Of a stretch of 64,000 nucleotides of DNA, positions 27,133-35,438 are shown one piece after another (the stretch's first letter is position 1; each line of letters starts with the position of its first letter). The notes beneath the pieces were generated by a model, which was not told where the DNA came from, searched no databases, and saw only the letters and a program-made list of their open reading frames with translations. A program made the position numbers and the translations under genes. The DNA is from a virus (Duplodnaviria; Heunggongvirae; Uroviricota; Caudoviricetes): positions 2,700 through 66,699 of the IMG/VR virus record IMGVR_UViG_3300023202_000102, one strand, 5' to 3'.

Positions 27133-27927
27133 ATGGCTCAAACAACATTACAGCAAAGGCAGATAGGATATGAAAAGATTACTGACCAACGAATCATGGG
27201 GAGAGTTCCTGTGGTTATCTCATTGGATGCGAAGAAATTCCTCACAGTAACTAAGTCTGTTCAAAAACCTTTCTGTCACAAGACAATGGCCCTCCTAAAT
27301 GACACAATGCTTTCTATGGTAAAACAAATAGATGGCTGTGTGTTGGGGTACCAATATAGTGATAAGATCATTTTGATTCTGAAGAATGACAAGAACGCTG
27401 ACCCCTGGTATGGGAACCGCACATTGCCAATGGCAACAGTTGCATCCTCAATGGCTACCTGGGAGTTCATGAGTAACTTTTATCAGATGGACAACCCTCC
27501 CGATCTGGAAGGATCCATTCTATGGAAAGGTCATGCATTTGGTTTGCCTGATCATAATGAGGTTGTGAACTATCTCATTCATCATCAGTATCAGTGCATG
27601 CATCATTCTGTAAACAAAGCTGTCTACTCTTTACTTGAAACAAGGTATGGAGATCAAACGGCCGAACTTCTCAAAGAGAAGAACATGGATGATAGGAAGC
27701 GGATTCTGGAAGAGGCGGGGCTAGACCTGTCCGACTTTCCCAGCTCTTATCTTCATGGTTCCTTAGTGTATAAGATCCCCAAGATGGAAGAGACATCTGA
27801 GGGTCATATGCAGAGGACCCGATGGATGTTAGATATGAAAATCCCGCTGTTCACAGAGATGCGGGAGATGATTCATACCATCCTAGATACTGGCAGTGAT
27901 GTGTTCAAGCCGGAGCGCGATGCGTGA
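27133..27927 (+). CDS. Thg1-like protein (tRNA-His guanylyltransferase family, 3'-5' nucleotidyltransferase)
   Basis: 'GRVPVVISLDAKKF' (compare VVVRLDGRNF), 'QYSDKIILILK' (compare GQSDEYSFVFK), 'TLPMATVASSMATWEF' (compare ASKFMTHVASQFAS); length 264 aa fits. Confidence 0.55.
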   Translation: MAQTTLQQRQIGYEKITDQRIMGRVPVVISLDAKKFLTVTKSVQKPFCHKTMALLNDTMLSMVKQIDGCVLGYQYSDKIILILKNDKNADPWYGNRTLPMATVASSMATWEFMSNFYQMDNPPDLEGSILWKGHAFGLPDHNEVVNYLIHHQYQCMHHSVNKAVYSLLETRYGDQTAELLKEKNMDDRKRILEEAGLDLSDFPSSYLHGSLVYKIPKMEETSEGHMQRTRWMLDMKIPLFTEMREMIHTILDTGSDVFKPERDA

Positions 27928-28265
27928 CCAGTATTAAACTAAAAGAACATCAGATCCAAATCCTCAAGTTGGTTCTCCAGGAAGTATGCCGCGAAGGCCT
28001 TGTGGTCAAACGCTCAAAGATCTTTGAGGTCTTTGAAGAACAGGCGAAGTCTGGTCTGGAACTGTACCAATTTGAGCGAGATCTTTCAAAACTAATTAGA
28101 GAAAAGAAGATCGTCGGGTACGATCTTAAGGTCGGTCGTGGAGGTGGCGTAGTAAAGACTGAGTCCATTGAAAGGGTGAGCATTGTTTGCTCTTCTGGTA
28201 AGTACGTTGGCTGTGTGCCAGCAAGCCAGTTATCCTTGATATTGGAGTCGCTCAAACGAGGATGA
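27924..28265 (+). CDS. Hypothetical protein
   Basis: 113 aa ORF, ATGA overlap with the upstream gene. Confidence 0.45.
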   Translation: MTSIKLKEHQIQILKLVLQEVCREGLVVKRSKIFEVFEEQAKSGLELYQFERDLSKLIREKKIVGYDLKVGRGGGVVKTESIERVSIVCSSGKYVGCVPASQLSLILESLKRG

Positions 28266-28313
28266 ACAATTAACCCCTCATCCCAAGGAAAGACATGAAC
28301 AGAGGTACGTAAA

Positions 28314-28811
28314 ATGACATTCAAAGTTGACCCCGAGGCCAAGAGTAAAGTTGAACTGACAAGACAACGAGACAAAGAAGGCCACTCATTCTATATTGGT
28401 AAGCTGCAATTCCCCGGCACATTGGAGTTCGATAAAGGTGCGTCCTTTATGATCTTCTTAAGTGACGATGGTTTTGAAGAGCTTCAAATCGCCCCGCTGG
28501 ATCCGACAAGGAAGCCTTTGCCAAAGCGTCACAGAGAAACCGCTGGCGTCTCTGGTGGTAGATTCTCCATCGACCTTCACCCAATGGTGGACAAAGATGG
28601 CGAGACCTATTACATTGGAGAAGCTCTCGGACCAGTTTCTATGAAGCTTCGTAAGGGAATCTTCTTCCATGTATTTACCTCTAGACCTGGCGTAGAGGAG
28701 TTACAAATCAGCCAGTTGAATCATGACATCTCTTTTCGAAAGAAGCACAGCTATCAGCGTATAGAAAAGTCTCCGCAAGGATGGACACCAAAGCTAGCGG
28801 ATGTGATGTAG
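28314..28811 (+). CDS. Hypothetical protein with internal tandem duplication
   Basis: Halves 'HSFYIGKLQFPGTLEFDKGASFMIFLSDDGFEELQIAPLD' and 'ETYYIGEALGPVSMKLRKGIFFHVFTSRPGVEELQISQLN' align. Confidence 0.5.
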   Translation: MTFKVDPEAKSKVELTRQRDKEGHSFYIGKLQFPGTLEFDKGASFMIFLSDDGFEELQIAPLDPTRKPLPKRHRETAGVSGGRFSIDLHPMVDKDGETYYIGEALGPVSMKLRKGIFFHVFTSRPGVEELQISQLNHDISFRKKHSYQRIEKSPQGWTPKLADVM

Positions 28812-28939
28812 AATTATCAAAGAACCGCATAGGAAAACCTCAACCTACTTAACGCCATCCCGAGTAGTGTACCAAGTTGAGGCTGCGGTGATTGTACTCT
28901 TCAAACTATTCAAAGCGAGGTGGCTCTCGCTTTTTCATT

Positions 28940-29404
28940 ATGAAGATCATATTTCTAGACATCGATGGTGTCCTAAATAGCTTACCCTTTCTGAAAAAGA
29001 AAGCGGAAGAGTACAAAGACGGAGTATGGGATAGCAACAATCTTGACATGATAGATCCTCTTGCTGTCAATTTGCTCAACCAACTTGTGCAAGATACTGG
29101 TGCCAACATAGTTGTTTCTTCGTCATGGCGCATAGGTTACACTGTTGTTTACTTGCAAAACATACTAATGGCTTCTGGTCTTGAGCATCCAGAAAGAATA
29201 ATAGGGACAACATCATCTCAAACTCATAAAGATCGTGGGTTTGAAATATCACTTTGGTTACAACAAGTTTCAGTTGATTCATTTGTTGTACTCGACGATG
29301 ATTCTGACATGACAGGGGTCATGGATAATTTAGTTCAAACCTCATTGGATAAAGGTTTGACACAACAAGATATTGATAAGGCTAGAAAGATTCTAAATGC
29401 ATAA
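28940..29404 (+). CDS. HAD-superfamily phosphatase-like protein
   Basis: 'MKIIFLDIDGVLNS' is HAD motif I (DxDG); the track ORF starts at 28892 but the motif-bearing Met is at 28940. Confidence 0.5.
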   Translation: MKIIFLDIDGVLNSLPFLKKKAEEYKDGVWDSNNLDMIDPLAVNLLNQLVQDTGANIVVSSSWRIGYTVVYLQNILMASGLEHPERIIGTTSSQTHKDRGFEISLWLQQVSVDSFVVLDDDSDMTGVMDNLVQTSLDKGLTQQDIDKARKILNA

Positions 29405-30491
29405 GAAAATTGATTCTAACATTGGCATGAGCATGTTCGGAGTGGTGTACCAAGCCGGTTCTTATTGGGAAGAGGATGGGAAACGGGGCACCTCTCACCT
29501 TATGGAGCACCTGATGTGTAAACCATATGAACATCTCTACTCAAAGATGCGCGCACTAGGCGTAGGAGATAACGCCTCAACCTCTGATAACAGGGTTGCG
29601 TTCTATTGTTATGGTTTAGACGAATGTATTGCAGAGATCTCCCAGGTTATCCTGGACTCTCTTACCAAACAAGAGAGTTTGTGGACCAAAGAGCAGTTCG
29701 ATAACGAAAAGAACATTGTGCTACAAGAATACAATGACTACTTCAATCGCCAAGACTATGGCGCGTTACTGAACTTTTTCAGGAAGTACTACAACTATTG
29801 CGATCCTATTGGTATTCGCTGTGACATTGAGGGGTTTACTTATGAAGATTCACTTGCTGCGGCAAAGGAAGTCTTCTCAAAACCTAAGATGATTGTAGAG
29901 GTTGGCACGCACTCTGTTAAATACAATGGAGAGTATGCTGATAAACCACTGGGTTCTAGGTTATCATTTGGTAACTACGACATCGAGCTTGAAGATGTCC
30001 CCAAGGGAACTCAGAGTTTAGTTACTGTTCTTCGCAAGAGTCCTCTAGGTCTTGACGATGCATCAAAGATGAAACTTCTTAACACTTGCATTGGTGATGG
30101 TTTAGAATCGCCACTCTACCAGGAGTTACGTGAGAAGCGCGGTCTTATTTACGGTGTCTGGGTAGATAATCAAATCGTAGGATCTGATCTTGTTCCATAC
30201 TCTAGCGCTCAGACATCAGAAAAGAATGCATCTGAGGTAAAGGATGTGTACCGAGAGTTGCTGTCCAAAGACATGTCTGAACTGATCTCTGAAGAACGAT
30301 TTGACATTTGCAAGCAGGGCATGCTATACGAGAAGAAAAAGGCTGACATTCTTCCACACCAAGGGGTGTGGACAACCGTCATGGGGAACTATAATCCCTA
30401 TGAAAATATTGAAGATTTCTCGTATGAGCAGGCTCTTGAACTGGCCCAGCGGGCCTACAGCATTGATAATTTTGAAGTTGTAGATTACTAG
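29397..30491 (+). CDS. M16-family (pitrilysin-like) zinc peptidase homolog
   Basis: Inverted zincin motif 'GTSHLMEHLMCK' (HxxEH) near the N-terminus; about 360 aa. Confidence 0.5.
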   Translation: MHKKIDSNIGMSMFGVVYQAGSYWEEDGKRGTSHLMEHLMCKPYEHLYSKMRALGVGDNASTSDNRVAFYCYGLDECIAEISQVILDSLTKQESLWTKEQFDNEKNIVLQEYNDYFNRQDYGALLNFFRKYYNYCDPIGIRCDIEGFTYEDSLAAAKEVFSKPKMIVEVGTHSVKYNGEYADKPLGSRLSFGNYDIELEDVPKGTQSLVTVLRKSPLGLDDASKMKLLNTCIGDGLESPLYQELREKRGLIYGVWVDNQIVGSDLVPYSSAQTSEKNASEVKDVYRELLSKDMSELISEERFDICKQGMLYEKKKADILPHQGVWTTVMGNYNPYENIEDFSYEQALELAQRAYSIDNFEVVDY

Positions 30492-30492
30492 T

Positions 30493-30819
30493 ATGGACAA
30501 AACCCAAGTCAAAGAACTCATTGTTGAGTACGTCACTGAAGTCGAAGGGTGCAAAGCCACGGACCTCATCACTGACTTGCCTATTCGTCAAATAGATCAT
30601 GAGACACTCATTGCATTAGGAGAACATGATCTTTCTATTCTTGTTACCGAATTGGTTCAAGAGAAGAAGCTAATTGAGATTGGTTATCAGCTTCCTCTTG
30701 AGGTTCATTGGGTCTCTTCCACTCCAGAAGAAATGACTCATAGAATGAAGAAGCAGGAGAGAAGCTACTTGGTTCCGGCCAATTGCGAAATTGTTATCAA
30801 GGGTGTGCAGAAAAACTGA
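30493..30819 (+). CDS. Hypothetical protein
   Basis: 108 aa ORF. Confidence 0.45.
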   Translation: MDKTQVKELIVEYVTEVEGCKATDLITDLPIRQIDHETLIALGEHDLSILVTELVQEKKLIEIGYQLPLEVHWVSSTPEEMTHRMKKQERSYLVPANCEIVIKGVQKN

Positions 30820-31079
30820 TGGGTAATGTAAGTACAGAAGCCATGGAGTGTGCCCTACACTTTACTGGACTAATGAGAGATTACTTTCATGTAAAGTGGA
30901 AAGAATCTTCCGGTCTTACCGATGAAGAAATTAGAAACATCATGACAAAAGAGCTTAGTCCGGAGCACGCTGCTCAGGATTATTTAAGAGCCAGAGGCGA
31001 GCTTCGGCCTGGTATGTTTAAAGACTTAGAGGATGGTGTAGCTATTTCTATTTTTCCAAAGAGTCCGGGTGAGAGATAA
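30783..31079 (+). CDS. Hypothetical protein
   Basis: 98 aa ORF. Confidence 0.4.
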   Translation: MRNCYQGCAEKLMGNVSTEAMECALHFTGLMRDYFHVKWKESSGLTDEEIRNIMTKELSPEHAAQDYLRARGELRPGMFKDLEDGVAISIFPKSPGER

Positions 31080-31350
31080 AATGATACGAACCCCACCGAT
31101 TGAAATTAAAGTGGGGATGGTTATCAGCGAACTAACCGTAAAGGAGGTTCGTAACAAGAGCGCTGTGTGTGAGTGTTCCTGTGGAAACAAACCAGTTATT
31201 CGATCTGTTGCCACGCTGCAAACAACTCTTAAAAAGAAAACTATTAGTTGCTGTTCTATTTGTAAGAAAAGCCTCAGGTTTAAAAGAATTAAATTCAAAT
31301 CTACACCAGTAGAACATTCGACTCTTGTAATACCGTCAGCAAGATCGTGA
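31069..31350 (+). CDS. Zinc-ribbon protein, tandem paralog A
   Basis: 'VCECSCGNKPVIRSVATLQTTLKKKTISCCSICKK'. Confidence 0.45.
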   Translation: MRDKMIRTPPIEIKVGMVISELTVKEVRNKSAVCECSCGNKPVIRSVATLQTTLKKKTISCCSICKKSLRFKRIKFKSTPVEHSTLVIPSARS

Positions 31351-31610
31351 CCGATAAAACAATCATCAAAGAGGGCATGCATGTAAGCATGCTCTTTGTC
31401 TGTTCTATAGATGGAAACTATGCAGTTTGCAGATGCAAATGCGGTAAGTTTCCTGTACGTCGTAGTGTCTCTACACTGCAAGGAACACTTAGAAAACCGC
31501 TTGCCATATCTTGTTGCAAGCAATGTATGCGAGACATTAAGCGAAAGAAATTTTCGCCACATACAACAAGGCCTCCTGGTTTTACATTACCACCAAAGGA
31601 AACAATATGA
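31347..31610 (+). CDS. Zinc-ribbon protein, tandem paralog B
   Basis: 'VCRCKCGKFPVRRSVSTLQGTLRKPLAISCCKQCMRD' is collinear with paralog A. Confidence 0.45.
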   Translation: MTDKTIIKEGMHVSMLFVCSIDGNYAVCRCKCGKFPVRRSVSTLQGTLRKPLAISCCKQCMRDIKRKKFSPHTTRPPGFTLPPKETI

Positions 31611-32464
31611 AAAACATAATAAGTACTATTTTAATCACACTTTTTAGTATTCTAAGTATTGGGTGTGTTGGAGACCATGCACGAATAGGCACGGGAGAGG
31701 TTGGAAAAATCATTAGCTCCTCTGGGGCTAATGGTGGTATCATCAAAACCTCTGCGTTCCGTATGCCCTACTGCGGTATGTTTGAGGCATGTCCTTACCT
31801 AGTCAGACTCCAGACAACTAAGTCTATGGAAACTATTGCTATCAAGCAAGTGTTTATTACCAAGTCCAAGGTGGATCTTGATAACGTTGAGGTTGCTGTG
31901 CAGTTTCGCATTCGCCCTGACGAAGCTAGCATCAACAAAGTTTTCAATGAAATTCGCCCTGGAGAAGACAGGATCATTACTTCTGATGAGGTCTGGGCAA
32001 CATACCTGCAACGAAAGGTTCCAGATGCTGTTGTTGGTGTGCTTCGTAATTATTCTGTGGATGATATTCTTGGTAAGATTCCAGAGATCTCTGCCGCTTG
32101 TCACAAGAAGTTATCCGAAGAAACCAAAGACATTCCTGTTGAGATTGCAGAGCTGAGTTTTCCCAATGGTATTGGTGACATCCCCGAGCAAGTCATTTTG
32201 TCTTACCGTAAGCTCTATGCGGTTGAGGCTGACAAGCAACGCTCAATCAAAGAGCTAGAAGCTGAGCTTGAAGTTGAAAAACAACGGCTTGCAGTGCAGC
32301 GTGTACGCGCCAATAATGACAGAGCAATTGCTGGTGAGCTTGGGGTTCCTGTTCAAGCATACATGGGTCTGAAAATTGATGAGAAGTACTCTGATGCTGT
32401 GGCGGACGCGGCTGATAACAATCAGCCATTTGCACTCGGATCATTCCCTATGGGAGGTAAGTAA
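31607..32464 (+). CDS. SPFH/band-7 (stomatin/prohibitin-like) domain lipoprotein
   Basis: Signal peptide + lipobox 'LFSILSIGC'; SPFH-like core 'AIKQVFITKSKVDLDNVEVAVQFRIRPD...', C-terminal coiled coil. Confidence 0.5.
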   Translation: MKNIISTILITLFSILSIGCVGDHARIGTGEVGKIISSSGANGGIIKTSAFRMPYCGMFEACPYLVRLQTTKSMETIAIKQVFITKSKVDLDNVEVAVQFRIRPDEASINKVFNEIRPGEDRIITSDEVWATYLQRKVPDAVVGVLRNYSVDDILGKIPEISAACHKKLSEETKDIPVEIAELSFPNGIGDIPEQVILSYRKLYAVEADKQRSIKELEAELEVEKQRLAVQRVRANNDRAIAGELGVPVQAYMGLKIDEKYSDAVADAADNNQPFALGSFPMGGK

Positions 32465-32814
32465 TGTCCGTCCTCTTTGGTAAGACTCTACTTCTGTGTG
32501 TTCTTATCGGAAGCATCATTGCGTTTGTTAGGGCAAGGTCCAAAGCCAAAGATGACGAGCAAATGCGAAAAGCATTGCTCATCCCTATTGGGTTCTTGTC
32601 AGTTCTCCTTGTTGGGTTCGTACTGTATTCGTTTGAGGTCTTTGGATTCGCACCAGTGATTGCTGATCATTGGGACGGGCCAAAGGATAACAAGCTTCCC
32701 TCTGCAGTGCCTGAGGCCCCCGACCCTCCAGAAGACAAATCAAAAACAAACAAGGAAGAGACTGCGCAAGCTGTTGAAGAACAGAAAAAACTTCTAGATG
32801 ATTTCGAGAGATGA
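32464..32814 (+). CDS. Small membrane protein
   Basis: Two hydrophobic helices then an acidic/basic tail. Confidence 0.45.
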   Translation: MSVLFGKTLLLCVLIGSIIAFVRARSKAKDDEQMRKALLIPIGFLSVLLVGFVLYSFEVFGFAPVIADHWDGPKDNKLPSAVPEAPDPPEDKSKTNKEETAQAVEEQKKLLDDFER

Positions 32815-32817
32815 CAA

Positions 32818-33069
32818 GTGACATATCTAGAAATTATCTTTTGGGTACTGATTACTGTTGTGAACATTTTCCTAATGTATCTCAATAACAAACGATCCAA
32901 TAAACTGTTCTTACGAGAGAAGAAGCTTATGGATGCAGAGTATGCCGTTGCCATAATGCAGGCCTCTGGAATTACACCAGAAGAGTTCATAAAAAGAGCC
33001 GCTGAAGCTGCGCCAAGAATGGAGAGAACATTCATCACTGCAGCTTTGGGAGACACTCTTAAGCACTAA
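32818..33069 (+). CDS. Small membrane protein
   Basis: N-terminal TM 'IIFWVLITVVNIFLMYL'. Confidence 0.4.
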   Translation: MTYLEIIFWVLITVVNIFLMYLNNKRSNKLFLREKKLMDAEYAVAIMQASGITPEEFIKRAAEAAPRMERTFITAALGDTLKH

Positions 33070-33123
33070 TGTCAGCGCTTCAAATCATCGAGGAGTCTAT
33101 TGTAGAAGTACAGCGCCGAGAGA

Positions 33124-33363
33124 TTGCAATCTGTCGTGGGGCCTTATATGTTTGGGGTCAGGCGTAACTTTCCTGAGGGCTGGCTCAAAGAGCTGCTAGA
33201 GATACTTGGAGAGGATTGGATATGGTTCTATAAATTCAACTATGGGTTCTACCAAAGACATATTCTTGAAACATATACTGTGCTCAAGGGTGGAGAGCGC
33301 AAATACCTTGAAGACAAAGTCAGCAAATCAGCCATTGAACTGGCCAAGAAATTAAATGTGTGA
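33124..33363 (+). CDS. Hypothetical protein
   Basis: 79 aa ORF. Confidence 0.4.
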   Translation: MQSVVGPYMFGVRRNFPEGWLKELLEILGEDWIWFYKFNYGFYQRHILETYTVLKGGERKYLEDKVSKSAIELAKKLNV

Positions 33364-34919
33364 TGCATAAAACAAAACTACAGCGTAGAAAGAAAAGTTG
33401 GTTAAATACTTTAAAGAAGGGTATTGATTTTACTCATAAGCTTGGGCGACTTGTTCCTGGTAAAGATGAAACTCGTCTTCAGACAACCATGAAAGCGATT
33501 GATTTTCTCAGCTCTTTCATTCCAAAAGAAGATGAAGATAAATTGCTTGTGGATTCCGGGTTTTCAATTAGAGATGATATACAGTTCGTGTCTATGTTCA
33601 AATCTCTTGACCTGGACAAGATGTTTGATAGTGAGATTGTAGAAGAAAACTCCAACTCAAGAATGTTAGAGAAGGTTCTTTACAATAAAGAGGTAGGAAC
33701 TCTTCTTTTGAGGTTTGGTGTAGAGTCTGGCATACAATCTCCGCTAACCAAGTTCTTCTACTCTCCGGATTTTGACTTTGAAAAGCTTGCAGAGGCTGCA
33801 TGGAAAGCTTGTGAAAGTCATATCCTTGTGTTCATTGAAAAAGAGAACTCACCTTCTAGAGTTGAGTTTAAATACCAACAGTTTAAACCTATTCTTGGTA
33901 AGCAATTTGGATCTTCCAAACAAAAGATGGAAGACTTCATCAAGCGTCATATCTCTTTCAAGGACAAGAAAATTTCTCGCTCTTATCTGTTCCTTGGCGA
34001 GCCAGGAACTGGAAAGAGTACCATGGCTCAGAGGTTTGCTACGGACAATCATAATAAGATTCTCCGCATGGAAGCCAAAACTCTACACAACATCTCAATG
34101 TGTTCACTGATGAATTTATTTGAGTTCCTCAAACCTGACTGCCTCATTGTAGATGAGATTGACAAGAGTGGTTTCTATTCTAACTACCAGACCGGTAATG
34201 ATATGCTTCAATTACTTGAAGCAATCAAAGAAAGCCATCCTGATGTAACCATGCTGTTCACTGCGAACTCCATTATGTCACTGCCAGAACCAATGATTCG
34301 TCCTGGTAGAATTGATGACATCATTGAGTTTGATCTTCCAGATGAAGAAGATCGTAAACAGATTCTTATAGGATATCTTGAGGGGTTAGAGGTTGATAAC
34401 AAGTTCCTTAATGAAATCGTTAAAGAGTGCGTTGGTCTTTCTCCAGCATACATCAAAGAGATTGCTCAGCTGATTCTCTCTGGTAACTCTAATGAAGCAC
34501 TACAAATGATTCACAAGCAGGTAAAGTTTATTCAGCGTCATCGAGGGAACAGGCACAAGTACAACTCTCTTGCTGACGAATACGAAGAACTTCAAGCAGA
34601 AGATGTTAACAGGTTCAAAAAGAACAGAAGAGAGAAAAACAAATCCAAAAATGCAGGAGATGAATCAAAGTCTTCCTTCGCAAACGTAGTTGGCGATTTT
34701 GTGCTAATGAACAAAATCCTTGATGGAAACAAGAAGGTTAGCATAAGTGAAATCAAAAAAGCTATCAAAGAGGCGAAGCGTCTTACAGGGGTAGAGGTAA
34801 CTCTTTCCGATGAGGATATTGAAAGGCTTTCATTGATTTCAGAGACTAAAGAGATGATTAAAGAAAGCGAAGAGCTAAATGAAGATAAGGAAGATAAGCG
34901 CCCTGGTAACTGGAACTAA
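33360..34919 (+). CDS. AAA+ ATPase
   Basis: Walker A 'LFLGEPGTGKST', Walker B 'CLIVDEIDK', sensor/arginine region 'MIRPGRIDDIIEF'. Confidence 0.7.
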   Translation: MMHKTKLQRRKKSWLNTLKKGIDFTHKLGRLVPGKDETRLQTTMKAIDFLSSFIPKEDEDKLLVDSGFSIRDDIQFVSMFKSLDLDKMFDSEIVEENSNSRMLEKVLYNKEVGTLLLRFGVESGIQSPLTKFFYSPDFDFEKLAEAAWKACESHILVFIEKENSPSRVEFKYQQFKPILGKQFGSSKQKMEDFIKRHISFKDKKISRSYLFLGEPGTGKSTMAQRFATDNHNKILRMEAKTLHNISMCSLMNLFEFLKPDCLIVDEIDKSGFYSNYQTGNDMLQLLEAIKESHPDVTMLFTANSIMSLPEPMIRPGRIDDIIEFDLPDEEDRKQILIGYLEGLEVDNKFLNEIVKECVGLSPAYIKEIAQLILSGNSNEALQMIHKQVKFIQRHRGNRHKYNSLADEYEELQAEDVNRFKKNRREKNKSKNAGDESKSSFANVVGDFVLMNKILDGNKKVSISEIKKAIKEAKRLTGVEVTLSDEDIERLSLISETKEMIKESEELNEDKEDKRPGNWN

Positions 34920-35254
34920 TGTCAGACGATCATCAAGTAGAATGGGTAAGGGCTGCCGAGGCTAAGAGAAACCCTGGGCCGGTCGAGAAATCCAATAGCG
35001 AAAAGTTTAAGGAAATTGACGATAAAGATCCTTGGTGCCTTGCGCGTAAAGCTTTACCTGATGGTCGTGTGGTTCGTCTTTATCAAATCATTGATGGTGT
35101 AAGTATTAATCTAGCGAAGGACGGTGAGGTTTTGGTATTTGATAGAACTTGGCACTACTTTGGAAAAGATATTAGACAGGGACTTGTTGAGTACATTAAG
35201 TACAACGGAGATTATGAACCAGAAGGGTGGACAAGAAAAAATGGAACTTCTTAG
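34919..35254 (+). CDS. Hypothetical protein, member of a two-copy family (paralog at 62155..62478)
   Basis: 'DPWCLARKALPDGRVVRLYQIIDGVSINLAKDGE...DYEPEGWTRKNG' aligns with 'DPFLLVRRVLADGRVVRLHKMLGNNTRITLAKDED...DPEGWYRHINSG'. Confidence 0.5.
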   Translation: MSDDHQVEWVRAAEAKRNPGPVEKSNSEKFKEIDDKDPWCLARKALPDGRVVRLYQIIDGVSINLAKDGEVLVFDRTWHYFGKDIRQGLVEYIKYNGDYEPEGWTRKNGTS

Positions 35255-35432
35255 CAAGGAAGAGTTTGATCGTTTGAACAACTCTCAGACAGCTGATGAA
35301 TGGAACACAATATGTGACGAAGTAAAAAAGAAAAGAGGTGGACATTATCCTCCTGATTGGTATCAGAAAATAATTGCAAGCGGTCTTGCTGGTAAGGCCA
35401 CATTAAAGTTCGTTAAACACACAGGGTGCTAG
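35241..35432 (+). CDS. Small hypothetical protein
   Basis: MELLSKEEFDRLNNSQTADEWNTICDEVKKKRGGHYPPDWYQK...; start taken at the first ATG after the upstream stop. Confidence 0.35.
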   Translation: MELLSKEEFDRLNNSQTADEWNTICDEVKKKRGGHYPPDWYQKIIASGLAGKATLKFVKHTGC

Positions 35433-35438
35433 TGGAAT

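Noticed and set aside
28911-28936. Terminator-like hairpin GCGAG-GTGGCT-CTCGC + TTTTT just upstream of the HAD gene start
   Set aside because: It lies inside the longer alternative ORF (start 28892) and directly abuts the ATG at 28940 with no Shine-Dalgarno, so its role is ambiguous (terminator of 28314..28811 versus coding sequence). Not reported as a feature.
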